Below, piece by piece: positions 1 to 8,985 of a stretch of 64,000 nt of DNA (positions are counted from its first letter, which is position 1; each line of letters opens with the position of its first letter). The position numbers and the translations under genes are program-made. The notes under the pieces were generated by a model that saw nothing but the letters and a program-made list of their open reading frames with translations, ran no database searches and was not told the origin of the DNA. Origin of the DNA: Candidatus Acidiferrales bacterium (GTDB lineage: Bacteria > Acidobacteriota > Terriglobia > Acidiferrales > UBA7541); contig JBARFX010000074.1 of the NCBI GenBank assembly GCA_049797655.1, positions 42,696 to 106,695 on the forward strand, in the 5' to 3' direction.

Positions 1-394
1 CATCATGTCGATTGATCTCGGCGTGGGTAGCCGCCTACCCGCATTTTGCACTTCGATGGGACGCGCGATTCTGGCGAATTTGTCGCCGGAAGAAGTCGAG
101 TCATATCTGGAGCGCGCACAATTCAAGCGATTCACGGAACGGACAATCACCAGCCCGGCCAAATTGATGCAAGCGCTTCGACAAGTGCGCCGGGAGGGCT
201 ACTCGATCATCGACCAGGAACTCGAACACGGTTTGCGATCCATGGCTGTGCCCATTCAAAATCCCGCAGGCAAAGTGGTGGCGGCGCTGAACATCGGAGC
301 ACACGCGCAACGCGTCTCCATCCAAGAAATGCAGACCAAGTTCCTCCCGCATTTGCGTGCTGCAGCGCAAGAGCTGTGCCTACTTCTAAAATGA
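1..394 (+). CDS. IclR-family transcriptional regulator, C-terminal effector-binding part (5' end lies outside the window)
   Basis: The ORF is open to the window edge. The sequence ...LPAFCTSMGRAILANL...TITSPAKLMQALRQVRREGYSIIDQELEHGLRSMAVPI...AALNIG... resembles the PcaR/PcaU-type IclR ligand-binding domain. Confidence 0.8.
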   Translation, partial: IMSIDLGVGSRLPAFCTSMGRAILANLSPEEVESYLERAQFKRFTERTITSPAKLMQALRQVRREGYSIIDQELEHGLRSMAVPIQNPAGKVVAALNIGAHAQRVSIQEMQTKFLPHLRAAAQELCLLLK

Positions 395-399
395 CGGGC

Positions 400-726
400 T
401 TAGTTTCTCGCCCGGCCGTGACGGGCGCGATGCCGCCTGCCCCAGGCAGACATCAGCACGAGGATCGGTTTCAGGCTCTGTCCGTGCCGAGTGAGCGAAT
501 ATTCGACTCGAGGTGGCACTTGAGCGTATACCTTCCGGTGAATGATATCGTCGCGCTCGAGTTCTCGAAGTCGCTGCGTCAACATTTTCTTGGTCGTTCC
601 CGGAAGCATCTTCTGCAACTGGCCAAAACGGAGCGTTCCATCCTGGAGATAAAACAAGATCAACGGTTTCCATTTACCGCCGATGATTTCCGTCGTGATT
701 CGAACCGGGCAGTTGAAATCCTCCAT
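400..726 (-). CDS. HxlR-family winged-helix transcriptional regulator
   Basis: 108 aa. CPVRITTEIIGGKWKPLILFYL...RFGQLQKMLPGTTKKMLTQRLRELERDDIIHRKVY..PPRVEYSLT is the canonical HxlR pattern. It is divergent from the reductase gene at 897. Confidence 0.85.
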   Translation of the reverse strand: MEDFNCPVRITTEIIGGKWKPLILFYLQDGTLRFGQLQKMLPGTTKKMLTQRLRELERDDIIHRKVYAQVPPRVEYSLTRHGQSLKPILVLMSAWGRRHRARHGRARN

Positions 727-896
727 CGAGGGCTCTCCTTGGATACCGGGTTACAGAAAGGTGCCTACTGGCGCAAAAGAGACTTTAGCCTAATATTTCC
801 CGGCGGGCTACACGTAGCTGACGCGGATGGACGCAGCGCCTCAGGTCAAACCTGCAAGATTGCAGAGTCCGCATTCCGCGAGCGGGAGGATCGATC

Positions 897-2009
897 GTGA
901 CCAACAAGAGACCGGTCGTTTTGTATGGCGCCAGTGGATTTTCAGGCCGCCTCGTCGCTGAATTTCTTCGCGAGTACAACGTGCCCTTCACTGCGGCTGG
1001 CCGGAATCGCTCGAAGATCGAAGAGGTCTTGAGCCGCGTTCCAGGAATCGAGACGGCGGATTACGAAGTGGCCGAAACTGGAAACTCCACCGCTGAGCTC
1101 GTGAGTTTATTTTCCGGAGCCAAGGTGGTGTGCAATACCGTTGGCCCTTTTCTGTATCATGGTCCGCGCGTGGTTGACGCCAGTTTGCAGGCAGGCTGCC
1201 ATTATCTCGATATCAGCGGCGAACAAGCCTGGATTCGCAACGTCGCGGACAATTGGGGCACGAAATTCGCGCAGCGCGGGTTGCTGGTTGCTCCCGCGAC
1301 CGCATACATGTCCGCCACAAGCGATATCGCGGCGCATTTTTGCATCGAGGCCGGAGGGATCGACACACTTGAAATTCTTTCCATGTTCAAGGGCGTACCC
1401 ACGTTCGGCTCAACCCAGACCATTTTTGCGGTGATTCAAACGGAAGCACTCTATCTGGAGCAGAACCGGTATAAAGCGTGGCCGCGAGCCACCGGCCACG
1501 AGGCTACCGTGCCGGGCTCGATCGAAACGCAACTCGTCTTGCCTTGGGGCGGATTTCCGAATCCGGTCTGGTTCAAGAACCATCCTCAGGTGGCAAATGT
1601 GCGGACTCTCGGCGGAATTTTCGACCGCACACTGATGACAAATGTGCTGGCGACGGAAAAATACTACGAAGAACAGATTCGCCCGCTGCCGAAAGCAGAG
1701 CAGGAGCAGAAACTTGCGGAGATGGCGAACTCGGTGCAAGCTGGCACACCTCCACGGGAAAACACGCGAGAGCACCGTACGATCGACTTTGTAACGGGAC
1801 GCGGGACCACTGGATTTTCGCAATGCGCGATTTTTGGCGCTTGCGCCTACAGGCAAACGGGACTCATTCAAGCCTACGCAGCGCATCACCTGATACACGC
1901 GGAGCCGCGTAAGTTTGGCTTCGCCTCGCCCGCTGCCGCATTCGGACATCGCGAGCTCCTCCACGCCCTGGAAGGCTACGGGCTGGCGAAGGCGAAGATT
2001 TATTCGTAA
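897..2009 (+). CDS. Saccharopine-dehydrogenase-like NAD(P)-binding oxidoreductase
   Basis: GTG start with GGGAGGA upstream. N-terminal Rossmann motif VVLYGASGFSGRLVAEFL. The 370-aa size and layout resemble the saccharopine dehydrogenase / trans-acting enoyl reductase family. Confidence 0.6.
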   Translation: MTNKRPVVLYGASGFSGRLVAEFLREYNVPFTAAGRNRSKIEEVLSRVPGIETADYEVAETGNSTAELVSLFSGAKVVCNTVGPFLYHGPRVVDASLQAGCHYLDISGEQAWIRNVADNWGTKFAQRGLLVAPATAYMSATSDIAAHFCIEAGGIDTLEILSMFKGVPTFGSTQTIFAVIQTEALYLEQNRYKAWPRATGHEATVPGSIETQLVLPWGGFPNPVWFKNHPQVANVRTLGGIFDRTLMTNVLATEKYYEEQIRPLPKAEQEQKLAEMANSVQAGTPPRENTREHRTIDFVTGRGTTGFSQCAIFGACAYRQTGLIQAYAAHHLIHAEPRKFGFASPAAAFGHRELLHALEGYGLAKAKIYS

Positions 2010-2069
2010 TCGACGTTTGCCGCAGAATATGCAGACGGCTGGCGCGGTCTTAAGGGAGAGCCAGATCGA

Positions 2070-3638
2070 ATGCGGGCGATTGACTACTTCGATAAAGGCG
2101 CCGAAGCGTATGCGGATCGAACCGCCGTCATCGACGGCGATACGCGTTGCTCCTACCGCGAACTGAAGGAAGCAAGCGAGCGGATTGCCGACTCCATGTG
2201 GGCTGCGCACATTGAGCCCGAAGCGCCGGTAGCGATCTACGCGCCGAATGATGCGAGAGTTCTCTTTTGCATGCTGGGGCTTCTGCGGGCGGGCGGCGTT
2301 TGGGTGCCGATCAACTACAGGAACGCTTCGGCCGCCAACATCGAGTACATGAATTATGTCGAGACTTCCTGGCTCTTCTATCACAGCTCCTTCCGCCATT
2401 CTGTCCGTGAAATCAAGGAGCGAGTCCCGAGTTTGCGCCACTGCATTTGTCTCGATGCCGCGTGCGATGGTGATTCGTCGCTTGAGACGTTCATGAATCG
2501 AAGTTCGGCAGGCGACAGGAATGAGTTGGCGGACCCCTACGGAAATCCGGACGACCTGATGGGGCTCGTCCCTACCGGTGGCACTACGGGACCTGCAAAA
2601 GGCGTCATGGTGACGAATGGTTCATGGGGCACAATGGTTGAACTGGCTGGCCATTACTGGCGCTGCGAGGACATCGATCCGGTCTGTCTGAGCACCGCTC
2701 CACTTTCACACGCCGCCGGGACGGTGGCGTTTGCAATGTATCCACTAGGCGCGACTAACGTCGTTTTGCCGAAGTTCGATGCCCTTGAGGTTCTAAAAAG
2801 CATCGAACGCTTTCGAGTGACGCACATTTTCTTGCCGCCGACCGCTTTCTACGCGTTGCTCGCACATCCCGATCTCGGAAAGTATGATTACTCAAGCCTG
2901 CGCGTCTTTCTGCTCGCCGCCGCGCCCGTCTCTCCCGACAAACTCAAGAAAGGCATCGAAGTTTTCGGGCCCTGCATGTGCCAATGCTACGGACAGACCG
3001 AAGCGCCGATGCTTATGACTTGGCTTGATCAAAAGACTCTCGCCGCCGCGGCTGCAGGAAATCATCCCGAGCGATTGAAAAGCTGCGGGAGAGCCAGTGC
3101 CGCCGTTCGTCTGGCTGTGATGGATAACGACGGACGAATTCTACCTTCGAATCAGCCTGGAGAGATCGTCGCCCGCGGCTCGCTTGTCACGCGCGGCTAT
3201 TACAAATTGCCGGAAGCGACGAAGGAAATTCGCACCTACGGCTGGCACCACACTGGCGATGTAGGTTATCGAGACGACTTCGGTTATTTCTATATCGTCG
3301 ACAGAAAAAAGGACATGATCATCAGCGGTGGGTTCAACGTGTATTGCGCGGAAGTAGAGGCGGCGGTGATGGAGTTGTCACAAGTGCGCGAATGTGCGGT
3401 GATCGGCGTGCCGGATGAAAAGTGGGGCGAAGCGGTGAAGGCTATCGTGGTGGTCCGCGATGGCGAGGCTGTCACGGAAGAACACGTTATCGCGCACTGC
3501 AAAGCCAGGTTGGGAGGAGTAAAAGCGCCGAAGTCGGTGGAGTTTCGCGTGGAAATTCCGAAGACGGCAGCCGCGAAGACGGACAAGAAAGCGCTACGAA
3601 AACCCTACTGGTCGGATGCAGAGCGGAGTGTGAACTAG
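2070..3638 (+). CDS. AMP-dependent acyl-CoA synthetase/ligase
   Basis: AMP-binding motif PTGGTTGPAKGVMVT, GYYKLPEAT, HTGDVGYRDDFGYFYIVDRKKDMIISGGFNV, and the C-terminal KTDKKALR lysine motif. Confidence 0.9.
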   Translation: MRAIDYFDKGAEAYADRTAVIDGDTRCSYRELKEASERIADSMWAAHIEPEAPVAIYAPNDARVLFCMLGLLRAGGVWVPINYRNASAANIEYMNYVETSWLFYHSSFRHSVREIKERVPSLRHCICLDAACDGDSSLETFMNRSSAGDRNELADPYGNPDDLMGLVPTGGTTGPAKGVMVTNGSWGTMVELAGHYWRCEDIDPVCLSTAPLSHAAGTVAFAMYPLGATNVVLPKFDALEVLKSIERFRVTHIFLPPTAFYALLAHPDLGKYDYSSLRVFLLAAAPVSPDKLKKGIEVFGPCMCQCYGQTEAPMLMTWLDQKTLAAAAAGNHPERLKSCGRASAAVRLAVMDNDGRILPSNQPGEIVARGSLVTRGYYKLPEATKEIRTYGWHHTGDVGYRDDFGYFYIVDRKKDMIISGGFNVYCAEVEAAVMELSQVRECAVIGVPDEKWGEAVKAIVVVRDGEAVTEEHVIAHCKARLGGVKAPKSVEFRVEIPKTAAAKTDKKALRKPYWSDAERSVN

Positions 3639-3684
3639 CAGAAATGGGTATCGCAGACTCGAAGCCGAGCTGGTAAAGAACACA

Positions 3685-4941
3685 TTGGCGAGCGACGTAT
3701 ACATCATCGCGATCTTCAGCACGCCGGCGGGGCGCTTCCCGGAGAAGTCGCCGAAGAGCTTCGTTCGCGATGCGTGTCTTGGTGTTCTCAACGACGCGTC
3801 AATCGATGGCGCCGCAATCGGCCACATTTGGTTCAGCAACATGATGCTCGATTTTTGGGGCCAGCCGAACATCAAGGGGCAAGTTTGCCTGATGCCGTTG
3901 ATCGAGGAAGGGGTTCTGCCCGCTGGCGTGCCAACCACCAATGTCGAAGCCGCGTGCGCGAGCGCCAGCGTTGCCTTTAACGGAGCGTGGAAGGATATTC
4001 TCTCCGGTGAATGCGATCTCTCGCTCGCAATCGGAGTTGAGAAGATGTACGCGCCCGATCGTCGTGCCGAATTTTTTGTTCGGCTCGAAAAGGGCACAGA
4101 CTGGCTCGATCCCGAAAAGTGGCAGGAGCTGTACAGACAATCCGCGGCCAGCTGCGGCACAGAATTTGCACCGAGCCCTGACCGCTCGATCGCGATCGAT
4201 ATCTACGCCCTTTGGGCGAGGACGCACATGGCTCGTTACGGAACCACCGCCCGGCAGATCGCCTGCGCCGCTGCGAAGAACCACACGAACTCCGTCGGCA
4301 ATCCTCGCGCGCAGTATCGGTTCCCGATGGACACCGATTCCGTACTTAAGGACCGAATGGTGCGCGACCCGCTCACCCGCGCGATGTGCGCGCCGATAGG
4401 GGACGCAGCGGCCGCCGCGTTGCTCTGCTCGGGTGAATATCTTCGCGGCCTTCCAGCAGAAACGCGCCGTCGCGCGGTTCGCGTTCGCGCTCACGCCATC
4501 TCCGGGGGCCGATTCAATGCTACCTGGGAGGACGAGCGGGCTCCGGTGCGCGCAGCACGCCGCGCGTATCAGGCGGCCAAACTCGAACCGGACGAGGTCG
4601 ATGTTGTGGAGCTACACGACGCGACTTCGTTTGCGGAGATTCACCTGGTGGAAGATCTTGGCTTGTGCCCGCGCGGAGAGGGTGGCCCCTTCACTGCGTC
4701 AGGAGCCACAGCGCGCGGAGGACAGATTCCGGTGAATCCATCGGGAGGCCTCGTCTCACGAGGACACCCAATCGGAGCAACCGGCTTGATGATGTTGAAT
4801 GAGCTGTGTATCCAGCTTCGCGGCGAGGGCGGCGATATTCAGATACCCAAAGCTCGAATCGGAATGGCTGAAAACGGCGGCGGGATTCTTGGCAATGATC
4901 TCGCTGCGTGCGCGGTAACGATTCTTGAAGCGACAAACTGA
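3685..4941 (+). CDS. Thiolase-like protein, SCPx / lipid-transfer-protein type
   Basis: TTG start. Nucleophile region NVEAACASASVAF. C-terminal thiolase signatures NPSGGLVSRGHPIGATGL and GMAENGGG. Confidence 0.8.
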   Translation: MASDVYIIAIFSTPAGRFPEKSPKSFVRDACLGVLNDASIDGAAIGHIWFSNMMLDFWGQPNIKGQVCLMPLIEEGVLPAGVPTTNVEAACASASVAFNGAWKDILSGECDLSLAIGVEKMYAPDRRAEFFVRLEKGTDWLDPEKWQELYRQSAASCGTEFAPSPDRSIAIDIYALWARTHMARYGTTARQIACAAAKNHTNSVGNPRAQYRFPMDTDSVLKDRMVRDPLTRAMCAPIGDAAAAALLCSGEYLRGLPAETRRRAVRVRAHAISGGRFNATWEDERAPVRAARRAYQAAKLEPDEVDVVELHDATSFAEIHLVEDLGLCPRGEGGPFTASGATARGGQIPVNPSGGLVSRGHPIGATGLMMLNELCIQLRGEGGDIQIPKARIGMAENGGGILGNDLAACAVTILEATN

Positions 4942-6586
4942 TCTACCATTCGGGCGGTACACGGTTTCGGGAGGACATGTGGCAGCAAGGTGGTTGTGCA
5001 TCGCGGTCGGCACTGTCGCTCTGGCGCTGCCGTTGAAGGTGTTCGCGCAGACCGGTCCTCGGCAGCGTGAACTCAACGACGCCGCGAGCAGCAAGGAGAA
5101 CTGGATTCACTCGAATCACGATTACGCCGGCACGAGGTTCGTCGATGCAAAGCAGATTACCCCGGCGAACGTGGTGACCCTCCGTCCCGTATGCATGTAC
5201 CAGACGAAGGAGCGCGTGCCCTCTCAGACCAATCCGCTCGTCTATAACGGCGTTCTGTATTTCACGACAACGCACTACACGATCGCGATCGACGCGGCGG
5301 ATTGTCGGCTGCGCTGGGAACACTTATGGAAACCGCGTGCCAAAGAAATATTTCCGCCGAATCGTGGTGCTGCGATCAAAGACGGTAAAATCGTTCGAGG
5401 GACTTCCGACGGATATCTATTTGCGCTGAACTCTCAGACCGGCGAGCTCGTCTGGGCTCAGCAAATCGCCGATTCCAAGCAGGGATATTTTTTCAGCATG
5501 CCGCCGTTGATTTTCACGAATCTCGTTGTCATCGGAACTGCCGGCTCCGAATGGGCCGCAAAAGGCTGGGTTGGGGCGTTTCGTCTCTCCGATGGAGCTC
5601 CGGTTTGGAAATTCAATACGATTCCGGATCCCGGACAGCCCGGCTCGGAGACGTGGGGAAAAGATCCGCAGATTGCGGCGCACGGTGGCGGCAGCGTGTG
5701 GACGCCGCTCGCGTTCGATCTAGAGAGAGGCGAGGTGTATGTGCCTGTCGGGAACCCCGCTCCTGACTTTTACGACGAAGCACGGCCGGGCGCAAATTTG
5801 TACACGAGTTCGCTCGTCGTACTCGATGTTCTTACAGGAAAGATGAAATGGTATTTCCAGAGTGTGCCACACGATATTCACGACTGGGACTTGCCGCAAG
5901 TGAGCCCCACCTTTGCGACAACCGTGGACGGAAAGAAACACAACGTGATTGCCGCGTCCGGCAAAGACGGTTTGCTCAAGCTTCTCGACCGCGATTCGCA
6001 CGAACTACTTTATTCGGTACCTTTCGTAACTCGTGAAAACGCAGATGTGCCGCTCGGCGACGCGGTTCGCGTCTGTCCCGGTCCGCTCGGCGGGGCAGAG
6101 TGGAGCGGGCCGGCGTACAATCCCCTCACCAACACGCTTTTCGAGCCTGCGAATGACTGGTGCGCCATCATTCAGAAAGACAAGGAGCCTCCTCGCTTCG
6201 ACGCGGATTTTTATCTCGGGGGCTTGCCCCATTTCGACACGTGGGACAAGGCGCGCGGCCGACTCACCGCCTTCGACGCTTCCACGGGAAAAGAACGCTG
6301 GCGCTACGACGCATCGAAGCCGATGCTGGCAGGCGTGACTGCTACGTCCGGCGGCCTGCTCTTTACGGGCGAAAGCTCGGGCGACGTTATCGCGCTCGAT
6401 TCGGAGACCGGCAAGGTGTTGTTTCGGTTCAACGCCGGCGGACCTGTCGCGGGCGGCGTGATTACATACGAGATTCACGGCAAGCAGTACGTGGCCGCGG
6501 TATCGGGATTCATGTCCAAATTTTTTGAGTTGAACGGAGCTGATCAAGGCGGCACTCCGACCTTGGTTCTGTTTTCACTGCCATAG
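4925..6586 (+). CDS. PQQ-dependent dehydrogenase (quinoprotein alcohol dehydrogenase family), secreted
   Basis: Signal peptide ...WLCIAVGTVALALPLKVFAQT. NWIHSNHDYAGTRF start of the mature protein. Repeated W-containing propeller motifs and the HDIHDWDLP catalytic region. The true start may be GTG at 4979, which is preceded by GGGAGGA. Confidence 0.75.
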   Translation: MKRQTDLPFGRYTVSGGHVAARWLCIAVGTVALALPLKVFAQTGPRQRELNDAASSKENWIHSNHDYAGTRFVDAKQITPANVVTLRPVCMYQTKERVPSQTNPLVYNGVLYFTTTHYTIAIDAADCRLRWEHLWKPRAKEIFPPNRGAAIKDGKIVRGTSDGYLFALNSQTGELVWAQQIADSKQGYFFSMPPLIFTNLVVIGTAGSEWAAKGWVGAFRLSDGAPVWKFNTIPDPGQPGSETWGKDPQIAAHGGGSVWTPLAFDLERGEVYVPVGNPAPDFYDEARPGANLYTSSLVVLDVLTGKMKWYFQSVPHDIHDWDLPQVSPTFATTVDGKKHNVIAASGKDGLLKLLDRDSHELLYSVPFVTRENADVPLGDAVRVCPGPLGGAEWSGPAYNPLTNTLFEPANDWCAIIQKDKEPPRFDADFYLGGLPHFDTWDKARGRLTAFDASTGKERWRYDASKPMLAGVTATSGGLLFTGESSGDVIALDSETGKVLFRFNAGGPVAGGVITYEIHGKQYVAAVSGFMSKFFELNGADQGGTPTLVLFSLP

Positions 6587-6615
6587 GCGCTCGGCAGATG
6601 TGAAAGCACGGGACG

Positions 6616-6918
6616 TTGTTGAACATTTTTCGATCGAGGGTGGCACCCATCGTTACGATTCTGAGGGTTCCCAAATCCGGAGGCATCGGCACAACGAAAG
6701 TGAAGCTGGTCCGCTGGCTTAAACGGGAGGGGGAGATGGTGAAGCGAGGCGAGCCCGTTGTCGAGCTCGAGACGGAGAAGGTGAATTACGAACTCGATTC
6801 CCCGATCGAGGGAGTAGTGGGACGGATTCTCGCGCGGGAAGCAGACGAAGTGCCGGTTGGCGATCCGCTGTGCGAGATCGACCACTCGGCAGAAGCCGCG
6901 CCAATCGCGAGACAGTGA
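6616..6918 (+). CDS. Stand-alone lipoyl/biotinyl-attachment domain protein (E2-type lipoyl domain only)
   Basis: About 100 aa. ...VKLVRWLKREGEMVKRGEPVVELETEKVNYELDSPIEGVVGRILAREADEVPVGDPLCEI matches the PF00364-type fold with the modifiable Lys in ETEK. There is no catalytic E2 core. Confidence 0.75.
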   Translation: MLNIFRSRVAPIVTILRVPKSGGIGTTKVKLVRWLKREGEMVKRGEPVVELETEKVNYELDSPIEGVVGRILAREADEVPVGDPLCEIDHSAEAAPIARQ

Positions 6919-6929
6919 AGGAGCAAGCG

Positions 6930-7961
6930 ATGCAGAGGTCAATTGATCTCGGAAATGACCGGCTCATCTGGATGTACACGCAAATGGTCCGCATCCGCGA
7001 GTTCGAGGAACGCGTGAAACGCACGTTCGTCGAGCATCCCGGCGTGATCCGCGGACACACACACCTCGCTGATGGCGCTGAAGCCTCGATTGTCGGAGCG
7101 CTCGCGACACGGAACGAGAACGACCTTGTAATGCCGAGCTACCGTTGCCACGGATACCCGATCGTGCTCGGTACTTCTCCGAAAAAAATAATGGCCGAAA
7201 TTTACGGCCGAAAAGACGGCCTTTGTAAAGGCTTCGGCGGTTCGATGCATCTAGCGGACCCCTCGCATCATTTTCCCGGCACGTCAGCAATTATCGGCGC
7301 GAGTATTGCGCACGCCACCGGCGCCGCTCTGACTGCCCAAGTGAAACACCCCGGCCAGATCGTCTACTGTTTTTTTGGCGACGGCTCATCGAAGCAAGGC
7401 GCGTTTTACGAATCGTTGAATCTGGCGGCTGTCTGGAAGCTTCCGATCGTGTATGTCCTCGAGAACAACGAGTACCAGGCCTACACGCACATCAGTCTCG
7501 AGGATGCGAACTACGCCGCCGGTGACCCGCTGTCACGAAAGGCGCAAGCCTTCAGCATCCCCGGCGTCACCGTCGACGGCACCGATCCACTCAAAGTATT
7601 CGATGCGGTAGCAAAAGCCGCCGAACGCGCCCGAAACGGCCACGGCCCGAGCTTGATCGAATCGAAGTTCTACCGTTTGAGCGCGCACGGGAACGCAATC
7701 ACGGTTCCGCCGGTACCCACCCAGTTCCCTGAGCACGAAGCGATCGAGGTGTATGGCAAACGAACTGAGTATGAAGCTGCGCGTGCGAACGATCCGATCC
7801 CCAAATTCCGCGCGAAGTTGATCCATGACAATACGCTGACAGAACCCAATGCGGCGCGCATTGCTGAGGCAGCGCGTGTGGAGTTAGAGGAAGCAGTGCA
7901 ATTCGCGCTGGCGAGCCCGTTCCCTGCTCCTGAAGAAGCGCTGAATTACGTATACGCATAG
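6930..7961 (+). CDS. TPP-dependent 2-oxoacid/acetoin dehydrogenase E1 component, alpha subunit
   Basis: ATG at 6930 preceded by GAAGGAG. TPP motif GDGSSKQGAFYESLNLAAVWKLPIVYVLENNEY. The 5' part of the 6870 ORF overlaps the lipoyl gene and is unlikely to be translated. Confidence 0.9.
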   Translation: MQRSIDLGNDRLIWMYTQMVRIREFEERVKRTFVEHPGVIRGHTHLADGAEASIVGALATRNENDLVMPSYRCHGYPIVLGTSPKKIMAEIYGRKDGLCKGFGGSMHLADPSHHFPGTSAIIGASIAHATGAALTAQVKHPGQIVYCFFGDGSSKQGAFYESLNLAAVWKLPIVYVLENNEYQAYTHISLEDANYAAGDPLSRKAQAFSIPGVTVDGTDPLKVFDAVAKAAERARNGHGPSLIESKFYRLSAHGNAITVPPVPTQFPEHEAIEVYGKRTEYEAARANDPIPKFRAKLIHDNTLTEPNAARIAEAARVELEEAVQFALASPFPAPEEALNYVYA

Positions 7962-7971
7962 GAGGCGACCG

Positions 7972-8952
7972 ATGGCGCGCGAAATGGTATTCGGCGAGGC
8001 GATGGTCACGGCCATCATCGAGGAGATGCAGCGCGATTCTGACGTTGTGTTCTACGGACAGAACATGGCGATGACGGAACGCGATCCGATGTTGAAGAAA
8101 TTTGGCAAGAATCGCGTCCGAATCACGCCTATATCCGAGACAGCGGAACTCGGCGCTGCGGTCGGCGCGGCTATGACAGGTCTGCGCCCGATTGTCGAGC
8201 TGTATATGAGCGAATTCATGCTCGTAGCGTTCGATCAAGTGATCAACGAAGCGCCCAAGCTTCGTTACATGTCCGGTGGGCAGGTGAAAGTGCCGGTTGT
8301 ATTCAAAGCCGGGTTCGGCTTCGCCGCTGGTTGGGCCGGTCAGCATTCCAATTGTATTTACAATACGATGATGGGTTGTCCCGGTCTGAGGGTGGCGATT
8401 CCTTCCACGCCTGCGGACGCAAAAGGCCTGATGAAGTCAGCGATCCGCGACGATAATCCCGTGGTGTACCTACATCATTACATGCTGACTCTCGACAAGG
8501 GTGAAGTTCCGGACGGCGATTACCTGATCCCCTTCGGCGCCGCCGATGTCAAGCGGGCTGGCGAGGACGTCACGATTGTGGCTACGGCCTGGATGGTGAA
8601 GAAATCGCTTGCGGCCGCGGAGATCCTTGCGAAGGACGGCATCAGCGCCGAAGTAATCGATCCTCGCACGCTCGCTCCACTCGACGTAGGAACGATCATC
8701 GCCTCTGTTCGAAAGACCGGCAAACTCGTTCTAGTGGACCAAGCACCGCGGCACGCATCTGCGGCTGCTATTATTGCAGCGGAAATCGCCGAGCACGGCT
8801 TTCACGAATTGAAAGCGCCGATCAAATTGGTGACCGCGCTCGACACTCCGATACCCTACAGCGAGCCGCTTGAATCTTATGTTCTGCCGAACGAAGAAAG
8901 AATCGTGCAAGCCGTGAAACTTGTGCTGGCGAAACAGGCAGCCGCAGTCTGA
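7972..8952 (+). CDS. TPP-dependent dehydrogenase E1 component, beta subunit
   Basis: Transketolase-like pyrimidine-binding and C-terminal domains: ...PISETAELGAAVGAAMTGLRPIVELYMSEF..., DPRTLAPLD. RBS TAGGAGG. Confidence 0.9.
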   Translation: MAREMVFGEAMVTAIIEEMQRDSDVVFYGQNMAMTERDPMLKKFGKNRVRITPISETAELGAAVGAAMTGLRPIVELYMSEFMLVAFDQVINEAPKLRYMSGGQVKVPVVFKAGFGFAAGWAGQHSNCIYNTMMGCPGLRVAIPSTPADAKGLMKSAIRDDNPVVYLHHYMLTLDKGEVPDGDYLIPFGAADVKRAGEDVTIVATAWMVKKSLAAAEILAKDGISAEVIDPRTLAPLDVGTIIASVRKTGKLVLVDQAPRHASAAAIIAAEIAEHGFHELKAPIKLVTALDTPIPYSEPLESYVLPNEERIVQAVKLVLAKQAAAV

Positions 8953-8985
8953 GCCGCGAGAGGGGATGATTCAAGTTCGAGAGCC

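Noticed and set aside
1410-2441. 343-aa minus-strand ORF spanning the reductase / acyl-CoA-synthetase junction
   Set aside because: It overlaps two well-supported plus-strand genes and their intergenic region. It has no recognisable domain and a skewed composition.
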